From Alphaproteobacteria bacterium (GTDB taxonomy: Bacteria; Pseudomonadota; Alphaproteobacteria; DATDPM01): 64,000 nucleotides of DNA. Positions 11,090 to 23,301 of this stretch are shown here, one piece after another (the stretch's first letter is position 1; the number at the start of each line of letters is the position of its first letter). The stretch is taken from contig JBGQJC010000006.1 of assembly GCA_041498815.1 (NCBI GenBank), positions 8,447 through 72,446 on the forward strand, given 5' to 3'. Position numbers and translations under genes: made by a program. The notes beneath the pieces were generated by a model, which saw only the letters and a list, made by a program, of their open reading frames with translations, ran no database searches and was not told where the DNA came from.

Positions 11090-11741
11090 GTACCTTCGAC
11101 TTTCGTCTACGGTTTCCGATTCTTTCCGAGCCACAGGGTTGGGTGCGGAAACCAGAAAGGCGCGCCGTTTCCCGATGCAGCATCAGGGCGAGTTTTCCGC
11201 CCCTCACGGCCACATGGACCGTATGCTCGCGCCCCAATCCCGCCGCCATTTCATCGGCGCGCAGCACCGTGGTAACCGGCGTATCGCCGGCAAGCGCGCG
11301 AAGCTTGCGGCGGCCGTCTTCGGCCCCGTCGCTGGCCGCGAACAGCAGGCCGCATTTTCCCGCCCGCAGCCAGGCCCGCACCTTTTCGAAGCCGTAGGTA
11401 GCCGCACCGGCCCGCCGGGCAAGCCCCAAAAGATCGCAGCAGCGCCGCGCCAGCAGCGCCTCCACCTGATCGGCGAGATCGGCCGGCACTTCCACGGAAG
11501 CGCGCGCGGCCTTGGCGAACAGCCCTTTGCCGCAAGCCGCGGCCACTATATCCCGCCTTGCCGTCAACCACAAACCCCGCCCCGGAAGCCGTTCCCTAAT
11601 ATCGGGAACGACGGCACCCTGAGGCGACACGACGAAGCGCAACAACTCGGCCTTCGGGCGCGAAGTCCCGGTCACGATGCAGCGTCGCATCGTTGCCTCG
11701 TCTTTGCCGCCCGTGGGTTCGACGTGTTCCGCCAAGTGCAT
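11076..11741 (-). CDS. YlxR/DUF448 (RnpM-like) plus L7Ae RNA-binding fusion protein
   Basis: RRCIVT, LLRFV and PGRGLW motifs, then an LLGLARRAG...GFEKV L7Ae domain; nusA-infB position. Confidence 0.88.
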   Translation of the reverse strand: MHLAEHVEPTGGKDEATMRRCIVTGTSRPKAELLRFVVSPQGAVVPDIRERLPGRGLWLTARRDIVAAACGKGLFAKAARASVEVPADLADQVEALLARRCCDLLGLARRAGAATYGFEKVRAWLRAGKCGLLFAASDGAEDGRRKLRALAGDTPVTTVLRADEMAAGLGREHTVHVAVRGGKLALMLHRETARLSGFRTQPCGSERIGNRRRKSKVHDQQ

Positions 11742-11759
11742 CGCGTATCGGCTCCGGTT

Positions 11760-13331
11760 CTATGCTTCCGGCTGATTTTCGCCGCTGGCATCCGAGGGGG
11801 GAGCCGCGGGCTCCGCGGGTTTCGCGGGCTCGTCCGGGAACCAATGGGCCCGGGCCGCCATGATGATGGCATCGGCTTCTTCGGACGCCAGCTTGATGTC
11901 GCCCAATGTCTCGCGCAGTTCGTCGCTCGCGAGATCGGCCAAGGCATCGAGGGTCTTGATCCGGTTCTCGCCGAGCTTCACCGCCATCGCCGGCGTTACG
12001 CCCGGCACGGCGGCCATGTCTTCGGCGACCCCGAGATCCTTCCAGCGCTTGGTGAGGCGCTCTTGCTCTGCGGCCAAATGCGCACGGGCCCGCTCGCGAA
12101 GCTCCTCGGCCACGTCCTGATCGAAACCCTCGATCTCGGTCAAATCCTCGACCGGCACGAAAGCGACTTCTTCGAGCGACGTAAAACCTTCGGAGACCAG
12201 CAGATGCGCGATCACGTCATCGACATCGAGCGCGTCGATGAACATCTGGGAGCGCGAGCGGAATTCCTCCGAGCGGCGCTCGGACTCTTCGGCTTCCGTC
12301 AAAATGTCGATGTCCCAGCCGATGAGTTGGGAAGCGAGGCGCACGTTCTGGCCGCGCCGCCCGATCGCCAAGCTCAGCTGCTCGTCGGGGACGATGACCT
12401 CGATGCGGTGGACGTCTTCGTCGACCACCACTTTCGTCACTTCCGCGGGGGCCAGCGCATTGACGCAGAAGGTCGCGATATCCGGCGACCACGGGATGAT
12501 GTCGATCTTTTCGCCTTGTAGCTCGCTCACCACCGCCTGGACGCGGCTGCCTCTCATGCCGACGCAGGCACCCACCGGATCGATGCTCGAATCCTTGGAA
12601 AAGACCGCGATCTTGGCCCTAGAGCCGGGATCGCGGGCCACCGACTTGATCTCGATGATGTTGTCGTAAACCTCGGGCACTTCCTGGGCGAACAGCTTGG
12701 CCATCAATTTCGGGTGCGCCCGGGAGAGGAAGATCTGCGGCCCGCGCGTTTCCTCGCGCACGTCGTAGATATACGCGCGCACGCGATCGCCGCGGTGGAA
12801 AGTCTCGCGCGCCAAGAGCTCGTCGCGGCGGATGATCGCTTCCGCGCGCCCCAAATCGACGATGACGTTGCCGAATTCGACGCGTTTCACGATGCCGTTC
12901 ACGATCTCGCCCACGCGGTCCTTGTATTCCTTGAATTGGCGCTGGCGCTCGGCCTCGCGCACGCGCTGCACGATGACTTGCTTGGCGGTCTGGGCGGCGA
13001 TGCGGCCGAAGTCGATGGGCGGCAGCGGCTCGGTGATGAAGTCGCCGATCTGGGCGTCGGGGTTGCGCTCGTGCGCCTCGACAAGCGGAATCTGGGTCGC
13101 TTCGTTTTCGACCGGATCGGCCACCTGCAGATAGCGGCGCAGCTCGATCTCGCCCGTTTCGCGGTCGATGGTGGCGCGGATGTCGTATTCGTGGCCGTAT
13201 TTCGAGCGGCCCGCTTTTTGGATCGCCTGTTCCATCGCCTCGATCACTTCTTCGCGGTCGATGCCCTTTTCGCGCGCGACTGCGTCCGCGACCTGGATCA
13301 GCTCGAGCCGCGCATGTCCCATGGTTTCCAT
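11760..13331 (-). CDS. nusA: Transcription termination/antitermination factor NusA
   Basis: [25 protein letters not shown] and [12 protein letters not shown] motifs; C-terminal acidic repeats. Confidence 0.98.
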   Translation of the reverse strand: METMGHARLELIQVADAVAREKGIDREEVIEAMEQAIQKAGRSKYGHEYDIRATIDRETGEIELRRYLQVADPVENEATQIPLVEAHERNPDAQIGDFITEPLPPIDFGRIAAQTAKQVIVQRVREAERQRQFKEYKDRVGEIVNGIVKRVEFGNVIVDLGRAEAIIRRDELLARETFHRGDRVRAYIYDVREETRGPQIFLSRAHPKLMAKLFAQEVPEVYDNIIEIKSVARDPGSRAKIAVFSKDSSIDPVGACVGMRGSRVQAVVSELQGEKIDIIPWSPDIATFCVNALAPAEVTKVVVDEDVHRIEVIVPDEQLSLAIGRRGQNVRLASQLIGWDIDILTEAEESERRSEEFRSRSQMFIDALDVDDVIAHLLVSEGFTSLEEVAFVPVEDLTEIEGFDQDVAEELRERARAHLAAEQERLTKRWKDLGVAEDMAAVPGVTPAMAVKLGENRIKTLDALADLASDELRETLGDIKLASEEADAIIMAARAHWFPDEPAKPAEPAAPPSDASGENQPEA

Positions 13332-13344
13332 TTTCGTCCCGCCT

Positions 13345-13848
13345 TTACGCCTTGCGTTGATCCGCGCGCAGCAGCTCGTCGGTCACGACCAGCTTGGCGC
13401 GGTGAATGTCGTCGATCGGTAATTCGGCCGTTCCCTTGTCGGTCGCGATCCGGACGACGCCCTCGGCTACTCCCGAAATGCGACCCCGGAATTTCCGCTG
13501 CCCGTCGATAGGCCGCTTGGTTTCAATCTTTGCCTCAAGGCCCGCGAAGCGCTCGAAATCGCGCTCTTTCACGAGCGGCCGGTCGATGCCGGGCGAGGAG
13601 ACTTCGAGCGTGTAGGCGCAGGCGATCGGATCCTCGACATCCAATAGCGCCGCAACCGCGCGGCTTATCATCGCGCAGTCGTCCACCTTCATCGCCGCGC
13701 CGTCGCTCCTCTCGGCCATGACCTGAAGCGTAGCCCGGCTGCCGCCCGATAACAGCACCCGCACCACCTCGTAGCCCATTGCCGCGATCGCCGGCGCGAT
13801 CATCCGTTCGACCCTTTCCGGAAGACAGGAATTGCTTGGCTGGCCCAT
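13345..13848 (-). CDS. rimP: Ribosome maturation factor RimP
   Basis: YTLEVSSPGIDRPL motif; first gene of the nusA operon. Start set at ATG 13848. Confidence 0.95.
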   Translation of the reverse strand: MGQPSNSCLPERVERMIAPAIAAMGYEVVRVLLSGGSRATLQVMAERSDGAAMKVDDCAMISRAVAALLDVEDPIACAYTLEVSSPGIDRPLVKERDFERFAGLEAKIETKRPIDGQRKFRGRISGVAEGVVRIATDKGTAELPIDDIHRAKLVVTDELLRADQRKA

Positions 13849-13870
13849 GGCGAGGCCTCGCGCAGATAAC

Positions 13871-13893
13871 AAAAAAGTGGGCCAAAGGCCCAC
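13871..13893 (-). terminator. rimP leader hairpin / attenuator
   Basis: Minus strand GTGGGCC-TTT-GGCCCAC followed by TTTTTT, just upstream of rimP. Confidence 0.75.
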
Positions 13894-13932
13894 CCTCCAA
13901 GAACCATCAGGTCTTATGAGAATGACGCTCCA

Positions 13933-13960
13933 AATGTAAGCATTTGTACGCGATTCGCAA
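13933..13960 (-). promoter_or_regulatory. Possible sigma70 promoter of the rimP-nusA-infB operon
   Basis: Minus strand TTGCGA-N16-TACATT upstream of the leader hairpin. Confidence 0.4.
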
Positions 13961-13986
13961 GAGTTTTCGCGGCTAGTCCCAAACTT

Positions 13987-14697
13987 TCAACCGCCCCGGG
14001 GGAGCCGCGAAAAGCGCAGGAAATAGCAGGCTTTACCGGCTTCAATCGCCTTGGCCTCATAGCGCGTTTGCGGCCAATCGGCCGGGCGCTCGCGCCAATC
14101 GCGAGCCCCCCGGGCCGGCCACGAAAAAGCGCCGTTTTTGATGACATGGGCTAACGTCCAGCGCACGTAGAGCGCATCGTCGCTGGCAAACCGGAGCTCG
14201 GCGTTATCCTCCAGGCACGCGGCCAGGCGGTCGAGGATCGCGGGTGAGACGATGCGGCGCTTGTGGTGGCGCTTTTTCGGCCAGGGGTCGGGAAAGAGGA
14301 TAAAGACGCGGGAAATCGAGGATTCGGGGAGCGCCGCCAGCAAAAGCCGGGCGTCGTCGTCGAACACCCGGATGTTGGAAAGCTTCTGGTCCCGGATTTG
14401 CGCGAACAGGCCGGCCAAGCCATTCACGAAGGGTTCGCAGCCGATGAAGCCGACCTCGGGCCGCGTTGCCGCCTGAAACGCCAAATGCTCGCCCCCGCCG
14501 AAACCGATCTCGAGCCAGAATTTGGCAAGCCGCTGATCGAAGAGCGGCGGCACGTCGAGGCGGGCGGGCGGCGCGGGCAAGGCGACGCGAAGCCGGGGCA
14601 GCATCCGGTCGTAGAGCGCCTGCTGGCCGGGGCGAAGCTTTCGCCCGCGCTTGCGGCCGTATAGGAGGCGCGCGGGCCGTGGGGCCGCCATCGCCAT
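13987..14697 (-). CDS. trmB: tRNA (guanine-N7)-methyltransferase
   Basis: LEIGFGGGEHL, FPDPWPKKRHHKRR and TRYEAKA motifs. Start at 14697 or 14691. Confidence 0.95.
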   Translation of the reverse strand: MAMAAPRPARLLYGRKRGRKLRPGQQALYDRMLPRLRVALPAPPARLDVPPLFDQRLAKFWLEIGFGGGEHLAFQAATRPEVGFIGCEPFVNGLAGLFAQIRDQKLSNIRVFDDDARLLLAALPESSISRVFILFPDPWPKKRHHKRRIVSPAILDRLAACLEDNAELRFASDDALYVRWTLAHVIKNGAFSWPARGARDWRERPADWPQTRYEAKAIEAGKACYFLRFSRLPRGG

Positions 14698-14707
14698 GGA
14701 GGGCCGA

Positions 14708-15874
14708 TCAGGACCCGCCGAACGCGGCCGCGAGATTGGGCGCCAAATCGAGCCGCTCCCAGGAGAACCCGCCGTCCGGCTCGGGGGCGCGGCCGAAATG
14801 CCCGTAAGCCGCGGTGCGGGCATAGATCGGCCGGCTGAGCGCCAGATGCTCGCGGATGCCTCGGGGCGAGAGGTTCATCATTTCGCGCAGGATCTTGGCG
14901 AGCTTTTCGTCGTCCACCCGGCCGGTGCCATAGGTGTCGATGTAGACCGAGATCGGATACGACACGCCGATCGCGTACGACAATTGGATCAAGCAGCGAT
15001 CCGCCAATCCCGCCGCCAACACGTTTTTCGCGAGATAGCGCGCGGCGTAGGCCGCGGAGCGGTCCACCTTGGTCGGGTCCTTGCCCGAGAAGGCGCCGCC
15101 GCCGTGGGGCGCGGCACCGCCGTAGGTATCGACGATGATCTTGCGCCCCGTGAGCCCGCAGTCGCCGTCGGGCCCACCGATGACAAACCGCCCGGTCGGA
15201 TTCACATAGAAATGTTCCTCGTCGCACATCCAGCCGTCCGGCAGCACGTTTACAACGTGGGGGCGCACGATCTCGCGCACTTGGTCTTGATCCACGTCCT
15301 CGCCGTGCTGGGTCGAAACCACGATGGCGGTCGCGCACTCCGGCTTGCCGTTGATGTAGCGCAGGGTCACTTGGCTTTTCGCATCGGGACCGAGTTGCGG
15401 GGCCGCGCCCGAATGGCGGGCTTCGGCCAGCGATCGCAAAATGCTGTGCGCGAAATAGATCGGCGCCGGCATGAAGACGTCGGTTTCGCGGCAGGCGTAG
15501 CCGAACATGATGCCTTGATCTCCGGCTCCTTCGTCCTTGTTGCCGCTGGCGTCAACCCCGCGCGCGATGTCGCCCGACTGCTCGTGCACCAGATTTTTGA
15601 CTTTGACCGTCTTCCAGTGAAAGTGCTGCTGTTCGTAGCCGATTTCGCGCACCGCGGACCGTGCGACCTGCTCCATCTCGCCGCGCACCGATTCGGGCCC
15701 GCGTACTTCCCCCGCAAGAACGATCAGATCGGTGGTGGCAAGCGTCTCAACGGCGACGCGGGAATGCGGGTCAACCGCCAAATAGGCGTCCACGATCGCA
15801 TCCGAGATGCGGTCGCAGACCTTGTCCGGATGGCCTTCGGCAACGGACTCGCTCGTAAACTCGTAATCGCGCAT
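14708..15874 (-). CDS. metK: S-adenosylmethionine synthetase
   Basis: [19 protein letters not shown] and GGGAFSGKD motifs. Start set at ATG 15874. Confidence 0.98.
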   Translation of the reverse strand: MRDYEFTSESVAEGHPDKVCDRISDAIVDAYLAVDPHSRVAVETLATTDLIVLAGEVRGPESVRGEMEQVARSAVREIGYEQQHFHWKTVKVKNLVHEQSGDIARGVDASGNKDEGAGDQGIMFGYACRETDVFMPAPIYFAHSILRSLAEARHSGAAPQLGPDAKSQVTLRYINGKPECATAIVVSTQHGEDVDQDQVREIVRPHVVNVLPDGWMCDEEHFYVNPTGRFVIGGPDGDCGLTGRKIIVDTYGGAAPHGGGAFSGKDPTKVDRSAAYAARYLAKNVLAAGLADRCLIQLSYAIGVSYPISVYIDTYGTGRVDDEKLAKILREMMNLSPRGIREHLALSRPIYARTAAYGHFGRAPEPDGGFSWERLDLAPNLAAAFGGS

Positions 15875-15973
15875 GGGAATGTTCGAGGTCATGAGAATGT
15901 TGGGACAGCCCCGCAAACGCGCCCCTTGGCGCACCCGAGGGTTGTGCCCATGTTGCAGCAGCCGATTAAGGCG

Positions 15974-16519
15974 TCAAGAACTTTTGCGGCGGGGACTCTT
16001 GGTAAACGGCCTGCAGCGCCTCGACGGTGTACCGCCGCGCGCGGGCCCGTCGTCTTCGCTGGCCACGGTCGCCGCCATGGTCTTAACCAATTCGGCTACC
16101 TTCTTCCGAACATGGGGATCGCCGATGCGGTAATAGGCGCGCACCAGCTCCAGCGTTTCACGGCGCGCGAGCGCGTCGGGTTCGAAGGAGGCTTGCGGCG
16201 ACTCCGACATCCCGGCGGCGTGGATGGCGTGGCGCGAAGCGAGATCGGGCGCCATGTCGTCGAAGAAAAACGATACCGGGACGTCGAGCACCCGGCTCAA
16301 CTCGAACAGCCGGCTGGCGCCGATCCGGTTCGCGCCGCGTTCGTATTTTTGTACCTGCTGGAACGTGAGACCGATGGCGCCGGCGAGTTTTTCCTGACTT
16401 AAACCCAAAAGCGTGCGGCGCAAGCGCACGCGACCGCCGACATGGATGTCAACGGGATTTGGTTTCCCGAAGCGGGACCGGCCGGAGTGGCCCTTGCGAG
16501 GACTTAGGCTGTCGCTCAT
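15974..16519 (-). CDS. XRE-family helix-turn-helix transcriptional regulator
   Basis: PNPVDIHVGGRVRLRR...SQEKLA...TFQQVQKYERGANR; conserved lnt-XRE-metK position. Confidence 0.92.
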   Translation of the reverse strand: MSDSLSPRKGHSGRSRFGKPNPVDIHVGGRVRLRRTLLGLSQEKLAGAIGLTFQQVQKYERGANRIGASRLFELSRVLDVPVSFFFDDMAPDLASRHAIHAAGMSESPQASFEPDALARRETLELVRAYYRIGDPHVRKKVAELVKTMAATVASEDDGPARGGTPSRRCRPFTKSPRRKSS

Positions 16520-16604
16520 TCTGCTGCATCACCAAATCGCCGGGAATTGATTCAACAATCTCATTCCGGTGCCGTCCCGAACCAGCCGCCGTCATCTCCG
16601 AAAG

Positions 16605-16624
16605 GAACATACGTTCGTATGTTC
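16605..16624. promoter_or_regulatory. Perfect inverted repeat, putative operator upstream of the XRE gene
   Basis: GAACATACG-TT-CGTATGTTC. Confidence 0.55.
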
Positions 16625-16752
16625 TATACGGCACGGGCCCCCCGAGCGTCAACGCCGGAAAGCCAGGGATTGCGCGGATTTCCAACCTATCGGTTGCAGA
16701 GGAAGTAGAAACGCAATCAGGCGCGGTAGAGCGCCGGAATCACCTGCTGGCG

Positions 16753-18437
16753 TCAGCCGATACGCCGCGCGGGGATTGCAATCAGCAGTGCCGCGACAAT
16801 CAGAAGAAGAGGAATAAGATCACCGAAACGGGCGTAAGGCGGCATTCGATCCTGCGCCCGCGGTAGCGGGCTGTCGATTGCGCCGTCGCGCCCCAAGCCC
16901 AAATGGGAAATGATTCGCCCAAAAGGATCAATGACTCCGGAGATTCCGGTGTTGGCGGCGCGCGCCACCGGAATACCTTCCTCGATGGCGCGAAAGCGCG
17001 CGGATTCGAAATGCTGATACGGCCCCGACGAGATCCCGAACCAGGCGTCGTTGGTGACATTGATGAAAAGGCCGGGGCGGTCGTTTTCGTCGGCGACGGC
17101 ATGGGGAAAGATGATTTCGTAGCAAATTAACGGGCCGACCGGGGGAAGCCCAGGCAGATGAAGCGTCTGCGGCCCGGGCCCGGCCGAGAAATCGGTCGCG
17201 CCCGGCGTCAGCTTATCGAGATGCAGCCACTTCGGGAGAAGGGCGCGAAACGGAAGATATTCCCCGAATGGGACAAGATGAAACTTGTCGTAGCTGCCGA
17301 CGACCGCGCCCTGCCCATCGACCGCAACGACGCCGTTCCAGACTTTGAAGGGCTCGACTTCGACCGGGGTCGCCCGCGGCGCGCCGGTGATCACCAGCCC
17401 GCCCTTGGGCACGACGGTGGCAATGGCCGAGCGCACCGCCGCATCTTGATCCACCAGAAACGGCACCGCGGTTTCCGGCCAAATGACGAAGACGGCGGAT
17501 TGCGAATCCGATTCTCGCGCCGCGGCTTTGGTCAGATCGAGGTCGCGCCGCAGATTGGCGAGCCGCAATTCGTCGCGCCATTTGCGGCCTTGGGCGACGT
17601 CGGGCTGGATCAATCGCAGCGTGGTGTTCGCAACCGTTTGCGTGGGCCCGGCCGCAACCAGCCGCGCATAACCGCCCGTCCAAAGAACCGCGAGAAGAAG
17701 GTACGGCGCGGCGACCGCAAGAATTACATACTTGCGATTTTCCCCGCCCTCGCCCAGTACCGCCGGCATTGCCGCCGCAAGCACGGTCACGAATCCCAAT
17801 CCGTACGTTCCGAAGAGGGCGACCGATTGCATCATGCTCTCCGAGACGCCCCAGACGGTGCCGGTCAGGTTCCATGCGAATCCCGTCATGGCGTGGCCGC
17901 GTAACCATTCACCGATGCTCCAGGCCGCCGCGAAGACGATGACGCGGTAGACCCCGCTTCGCTCGGACGCGAACCGGAACGCGACCTTGGAGAGGATCGC
18001 GGCACCCGCGGGATAGATCGCGAACAGGGCGGCCAAAGACAACGGCGCGAAAGGAGCGAACCAGCCGTAGCGTTCGGGATCCGTCAAAAGCGCATAGGCG
18101 ATCCAATAAAGCCCGCTCGTGAAATGGCCGAGCCCGAAGGCGAAGCCGACGAGTGCCGCCTGTTTCGGATTTTCCGCGCCTTCGACGAGCCACAAGAATC
18201 CGGCAAACGCCGGAATGAGAAGCGGGAGCGCAAAAACCGGCGGCAGCGCCGCGGTCGCCGCCATGCCCAGAAGCAGGGCCGCGAGATGCCGCCGCCAGCG
18301 CGGCAGCCGGACAAGCCAATTCCGCAGGCGGGCGAGTTGCACCGAAATTCGCGCGCCACCCCCGTCTTCGCGGTGAAGAACGGTACGGTCCCCGGCGGGA
18401 TTGGCACCGGCCGGGCCGTGTTCGGCTGCCGCAGCGG

Positions 18438-18441
<4 letters not shown>
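16753..18441 (-). CDS. lnt: Apolipoprotein N-acyltransferase
   Basis: WPETA, YDKFHLVPFGEY, ICYE, NDAWFG and RAANTGIS motifs. Start at ATG 18441 overlaps the corC stop (ATGA). Confidence 0.96.
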
Positions 18442-19366
<925 letters not shown>

Positions 19367-19370
<4 letters not shown>

Positions 19371-19918
19371 GCGACCTCGGCCGGCAAAATTTCGCGATAG
19401 GGATCGGGGATCCCGAGCCCGCACAGAATCTCGATCTCCAGCGCCTCCATGCGCAGCGCTTCCCTCCCGCGCTCGTGATCGTAGCCGAGCAAATGCAGCA
19501 CGCCATGGACGACCAAATGGGCGAGATGGTGCGCCAAAGGCCGGCCGGCGCGCTTGGCCTCGGATGCCGTCACGCCGTATGCGATCACGAGATCGCCCAG
19601 CGCCAGCGGGACGCCGGTGCGCTCATTGGAAGGATTTGAAATCTCGCCGGGGAACGACAGCACGTTGGTCGGGCCCTTGTGGCCGCGATAGGACCGGTTG
19701 AGCTTCGCGGCATAGGCATCGCCCGCGAGCAGGATTCCGATTTCCCCGCCGCGGGCCCGGAACGGTTTGCGCCAACGGCCGCCATGCCGCTTGAGCGAGG
19801 CCTCGACCGCGGCCCGGGCCGCGCGCCGGCACGCGGCCGCGGCCCCCGGGAACCGCCAGCCCCGCGAGCGCAGAATCACCGCGATTTCGAGCGGTTCTTT
19901 CACCTGCCGCCGCCTCAT
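19367..19918 (-). CDS. ybeY: rRNA maturation endoribonuclease YbeY
   Basis: PTNVLSFP and HGVLHLLGYDH motifs. Confidence 0.95.
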
Positions 19919-20958
19919 GATTTATCCCTATCGCGGATTGGGGCCGCGTTTGGATCGGGTTGCGAACGCTTGCCGCGCTCGTGGGCGTCGTAGGCGCGAA
20001 CGATTTGCGTCACCAGGGCGTGGCGCACGACGTCGGCATCGGTGAAGTGGACGAAGGCGACCCCAACCACGTCGCGCAGGACGTCGACCGCATCCTGAAG
20101 CCCGGAGCGCTGGCCGGGAGGGAGATCCACCTGGCTCAGGTCGCCGGTCACGACCATGCGCGAGTTTTCCCCCATGCGCGTCAAGAACATCTTCATCTGG
20201 CCGATCGTGGTGTTCTGCGCCTCGTCCAGAATAATGAAGGCGTTGGAGAGCGTGCGGCCGCGCATGAAGGCGATGGGCGCCACTTCGATGTCTCCGTCGG
20301 ACAGGCGCTTCACCACCAAGTTCCCCGGCATCATGTCGTGGAGGGCGTCGTAAAGCGGCCTTAGGTACGGGTCCACCTTCTCGCGCAGGTCGCCCGGCAA
20401 AAATCCGAGGCGCTCGCCCGCCTCTACCGCGGGGCGCGAGAGGATGATCCGGTCCACCTCGCCGTTGACCAGCAGACTGACCGCCATCGCGACGGCGAGA
20501 TAGGTTTTCCCCGTTCCGGCGGGCCCGAGCGCGAAGACCAGGCTGTAATCCTTGATCGCCTGCACATAGGCCACTTGGCGCGGCGAGCGCGCGACGATGT
20601 CGCGTTTACGGGTATGGATGGTGATCGAGCCGGAACCTTCGCCATCGGGCGCGGCTTCGCCCTGGCGCGCGGCCTCGACCGCGATTCGAGCCGCCGCATA
20701 GATCTCGCCCAAATCGATGGTCAGCCCGCGGCGCGCGCGCTCGTAGAGTTTTTCGAGGGTGGCTCTTGCCGCCACGATCGCCTCGGCCCGGCCCGAGATT
20801 GCGAGCAGATTGCCGCGGGGAACGAGGGACACGCCCAGTTCCTGTTCGATGCGGGCTAGATTCTGGTCGTGCTCGCCGTAGAGCAACGGCAGCAGGCGGT
20901 TGTCGTCGAATTCGATGTGGATGACGTCCTGGCCGTGCTTGGAAGTCGCCCGCGTCAC
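19915..20958 (-). CDS. phoH: PhoH-like ATPase (YbeZ)
   Basis: [23 protein letters not shown] and LDEAQN motifs. Confidence 0.94.
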   Translation of the reverse strand: MTRATSKHGQDVIHIEFDDNRLLPLLYGEHDQNLARIEQELGVSLVPRGNLLAISGRAEAIVAARATLEKLYERARRGLTIDLGEIYAAARIAVEAARQGEAAPDGEGSGSITIHTRKRDIVARSPRQVAYVQAIKDYSLVFALGPAGTGKTYLAVAMAVSLLVNGEVDRIILSRPAVEAGERLGFLPGDLREKVDPYLRPLYDALHDMMPGNLVVKRLSDGDIEVAPIAFMRGRTLSNAFIILDEAQNTTIGQMKMFLTRMGENSRMVVTGDLSQVDLPPGQRSGLQDAVDVLRDVVGVAFVHFTDADVVRHALVTQIVRAYDAHERGKRSQPDPNAAPIRDRDKS

Positions 20959-22358
20959 GCCGCCGCCCCTGCGCGAGCCTCGGGGGCCGGATGCGGCCCT
21001 ATGCGCCCCGTCAGGCTGTTCACCGCGGTGCGCTCGACCTCGACTTGCGCAATCGCACCGAAGAGAGAGTCGGGTGCCGCCGCGTGGACCGCCTGCATGT
21101 GGGGACTGCGCCCCGCAAGCTGGTTTGCGCGCGAGCCCTTCCGGTCGAAGAGCACGGCGACCGTTTTGCCCGCAAAACGCGCGTTGAACGCCGCCTGACT
21201 GCGTTCGATCAAAGCCCGAAGCTCGGCCAGCCGCGCCGCCTTTTCGTTCTCGGCGATTTGCTGTTCCATGGCGGCCGCGGGCGTTCCCGGCCGCGGGCTG
21301 AATTTGAACGAATAGGCCTGGGCGAATCCGACGTCTTCGACGAGCTTGAGGGTGGCCTCGAAATCGGCGCGCGATTCGCCGGGAAATCCGACGATGAAAT
21401 CGGAGGCGAGCGCCATGTCGGGAAGCACCTTGCGCAATTTATCGGCGATGCGCCGGTAATCGTCCGCGGTATAGCGCCGGTTCATGGCGGCGAGCACGGA
21501 GTCCGATCCCGATTGAACCGGAAGATGGAGAAACGGCATCACGGCGGGAACCTCGGCGTGCGCGCGAATGAGATCGTCATCCATGTCGGCGGGATGCGAG
21601 GTGGTGTAACGCAGGCGCGACAATCCTTCGATCCCGGCGGCCTCAAGCATGAGCCGGCCGAGTCCCCAGACTCGCGCGCTGCCGGCGCGCGATTTCGGGG
21701 CTTGCCCGTGATAGGCATTCACGTTCTGGCCCAAGAGCACGATTTCGCGCGCGCCTTGCGCGACCAAATGCCTGGCCTCCGCCAGGACATCGGCGGCGGG
21801 CCGCGAAAATTCGGCGCCGCGCGTATAGGGCACGACGCAGAAGGTGCAGAATTTATCGCAGCCCTCCTGCACCGAGAGATAGGCGGACGGACCCGAGACG
21901 CCGGGATCGGGAAGGAAATCGAATTTGGGCTCGACGGGAAAATCGGTGTCGATAACGCCGCGCCCGGATTTTACTTCGGATGACGCGGCGCGCGCCGCCC
22001 GCGCGATCATTTCCGGCAGCCGGTGATAGGTCTGGGGACCGAGCACGATGTCCACATAGGGCGCGCGGCGCAGAATTTCCGCCCCTTCGGCCTGGGCGAC
22101 GCAACCTGCCACCGCGAGCACCATGTTTCCGCCAAGCCGTTCCTTGCGCTCTTTGAGTGGGCGCAGGCGACCGAGATCCGAGAAAACTTTTTCCGCCGCC
22201 TTTTCGCGGATGTGACAGGTATTCAGGATCACCATGTCGGCATCCTCTGCGGTATCGACGGACGCATAGCCCAAGGGCGCCAGGACGTCCGCCATGCGGG
22301 CGGAGTCATAGACGTTCATCTGGCAGCCGTAGGTCTTGATGAAGAGTTTTTTCGCCAA
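20955..22358 (-). CDS. miaB: tRNA ms2i6A37 methylthiotransferase
   Basis: TYGCQMN, NTCHIRE, radical [11 protein letters not shown] and a TRAM domain. Probable TTG start at 22358. Confidence 0.96.
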   Translation of the reverse strand: MAKKLFIKTYGCQMNVYDSARMADVLAPLGYASVDTAEDADMVILNTCHIREKAAEKVFSDLGRLRPLKERKERLGGNMVLAVAGCVAQAEGAEILRRAPYVDIVLGPQTYHRLPEMIARAARAASSEVKSGRGVIDTDFPVEPKFDFLPDPGVSGPSAYLSVQEGCDKFCTFCVVPYTRGAEFSRPAADVLAEARHLVAQGAREIVLLGQNVNAYHGQAPKSRAGSARVWGLGRLMLEAAGIEGLSRLRYTTSHPADMDDDLIRAHAEVPAVMPFLHLPVQSGSDSVLAAMNRRYTADDYRRIADKLRKVLPDMALASDFIVGFPGESRADFEATLKLVEDVGFAQAYSFKFSPRPGTPAAAMEQQIAENEKAARLAELRALIERSQAAFNARFAGKTVAVLFDRKGSRANQLAGRSPHMQAVHAAAPDSLFGAIAQVEVERTAVNSLTGRIGPHPAPEARAGAAA

Positions 22359-22446
22359 ATCCGTGCGGACTTTGCATCCGGCGTTCTTGCGGCCGCGCTT
22401 CAGGCCGAAACGGGACCTAAAAAGGGTAACATCTGGCCTCGGGGTG

Positions 22447-23301
22447 TCAAGGCCGCCCCGGCACCGTGGAAACCGCGGATTCCTGCGGTTCCGCGCCGGT
22501 TTCCGGGGCGGCGAGGCCGGCCGGCCGGCCGGCCAAGGCGGCCGCGATCCCGCCCGCGATCCTGGTGCGGCAGTACAAGGCGAGCTCTTTGCGCGAGGCA
22601 AACTCGGCGATGGTGACCGGGGTGTGGAACTCGACCTCGACGGTGGCAACGCCCAAGCGCAGCGCCCGCCACAGATGGGGGGCAAGCTCCATATGGCCGT
22701 ACCAGGCGAAGAAGGGACGCAAGGCGCGGCCCATCGGCATGCCGTCGAGCCGGGTGTAGGCGATCGAAACCGGTTGCACCAACGGGAAACGGCCTCCGAC
22801 TTGTTCTTCGGCCGCGGCCAGGAGCGCGGTCTTGAACGGGAGCACGCGCATACCGTCGTCGCTGGTGCCTTCGGGAAACAGGACCAGGTTGTCGCGGCGC
22901 GTCAAACGTCCCGCGATTTCGCCGTGCTGGTGATGGACCCGGTGCCGCGCATCGCGGTCCACGAACACCGTGCGCTGGAGCTTGGCGAGCAAACCGAACA
23001 CCGGCCAGCGCGCCACCTCTTGCTTGGCGATGAACGAGCCCGGAATAAGCGAGCCCAGGACCGTGATGTCGAAATAGGAACTGTGATTGGCGACGAACAG
23101 CACCGGATGCGGGGATGCGATCGCGCCGATTGCCACCACCTCGAAGCCGAGGAGACGCAGGCATACCCGGTGATAGAAGACGGGAAGACTCCTGGCCAGC
23201 GGCGCATCGAAGGCAAGCGCCCAGACTTGGACCGGGACCAGGACCACCGTCCACGCGAAATAGGCGAGGAGGCGGAAAAACGCGCGCGGTGCGGAGCCCA
23301 T
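22447..23301 (-). CDS. olsA: Lysophospholipid acyltransferase family protein, probably lyso-ornithine lipid O-acyltransferase
   Basis: NHSSYFD and FPEGT motifs; TGATG coupling to the olsB-like gene; typical position before miaB. Confidence 0.8.
   Translation of the reverse strand: MGSAPRAFFRLLAYFAWTVVLVPVQVWALAFDAPLARSLPVFYHRVCLRLLGFEVVAIGAIASPHPVLFVANHSSYFDITVLGSLIPGSFIAKQEVARWPVFGLLAKLQRTVFVDRDARHRVHHQHGEIAGRLTRRDNLVLFPEGTSDDGMRVLPFKTALLAAAEEQVGGRFPLVQPVSIAYTRLDGMPMGRALRPFFAWYGHMELAPHLWRALRLGVATVEVEFHTPVTIAEFASRKELALYCRTRIAGGIAAALAGRPAGLAAPETGAEPQESAVSTVPGRP

Noticed and set aside
15875-15973. Possible SAM riboswitch before metK
   Set aside because: I could not recognise SAM-II or SAM/SAH consensus elements; a covariance-model search would be needed
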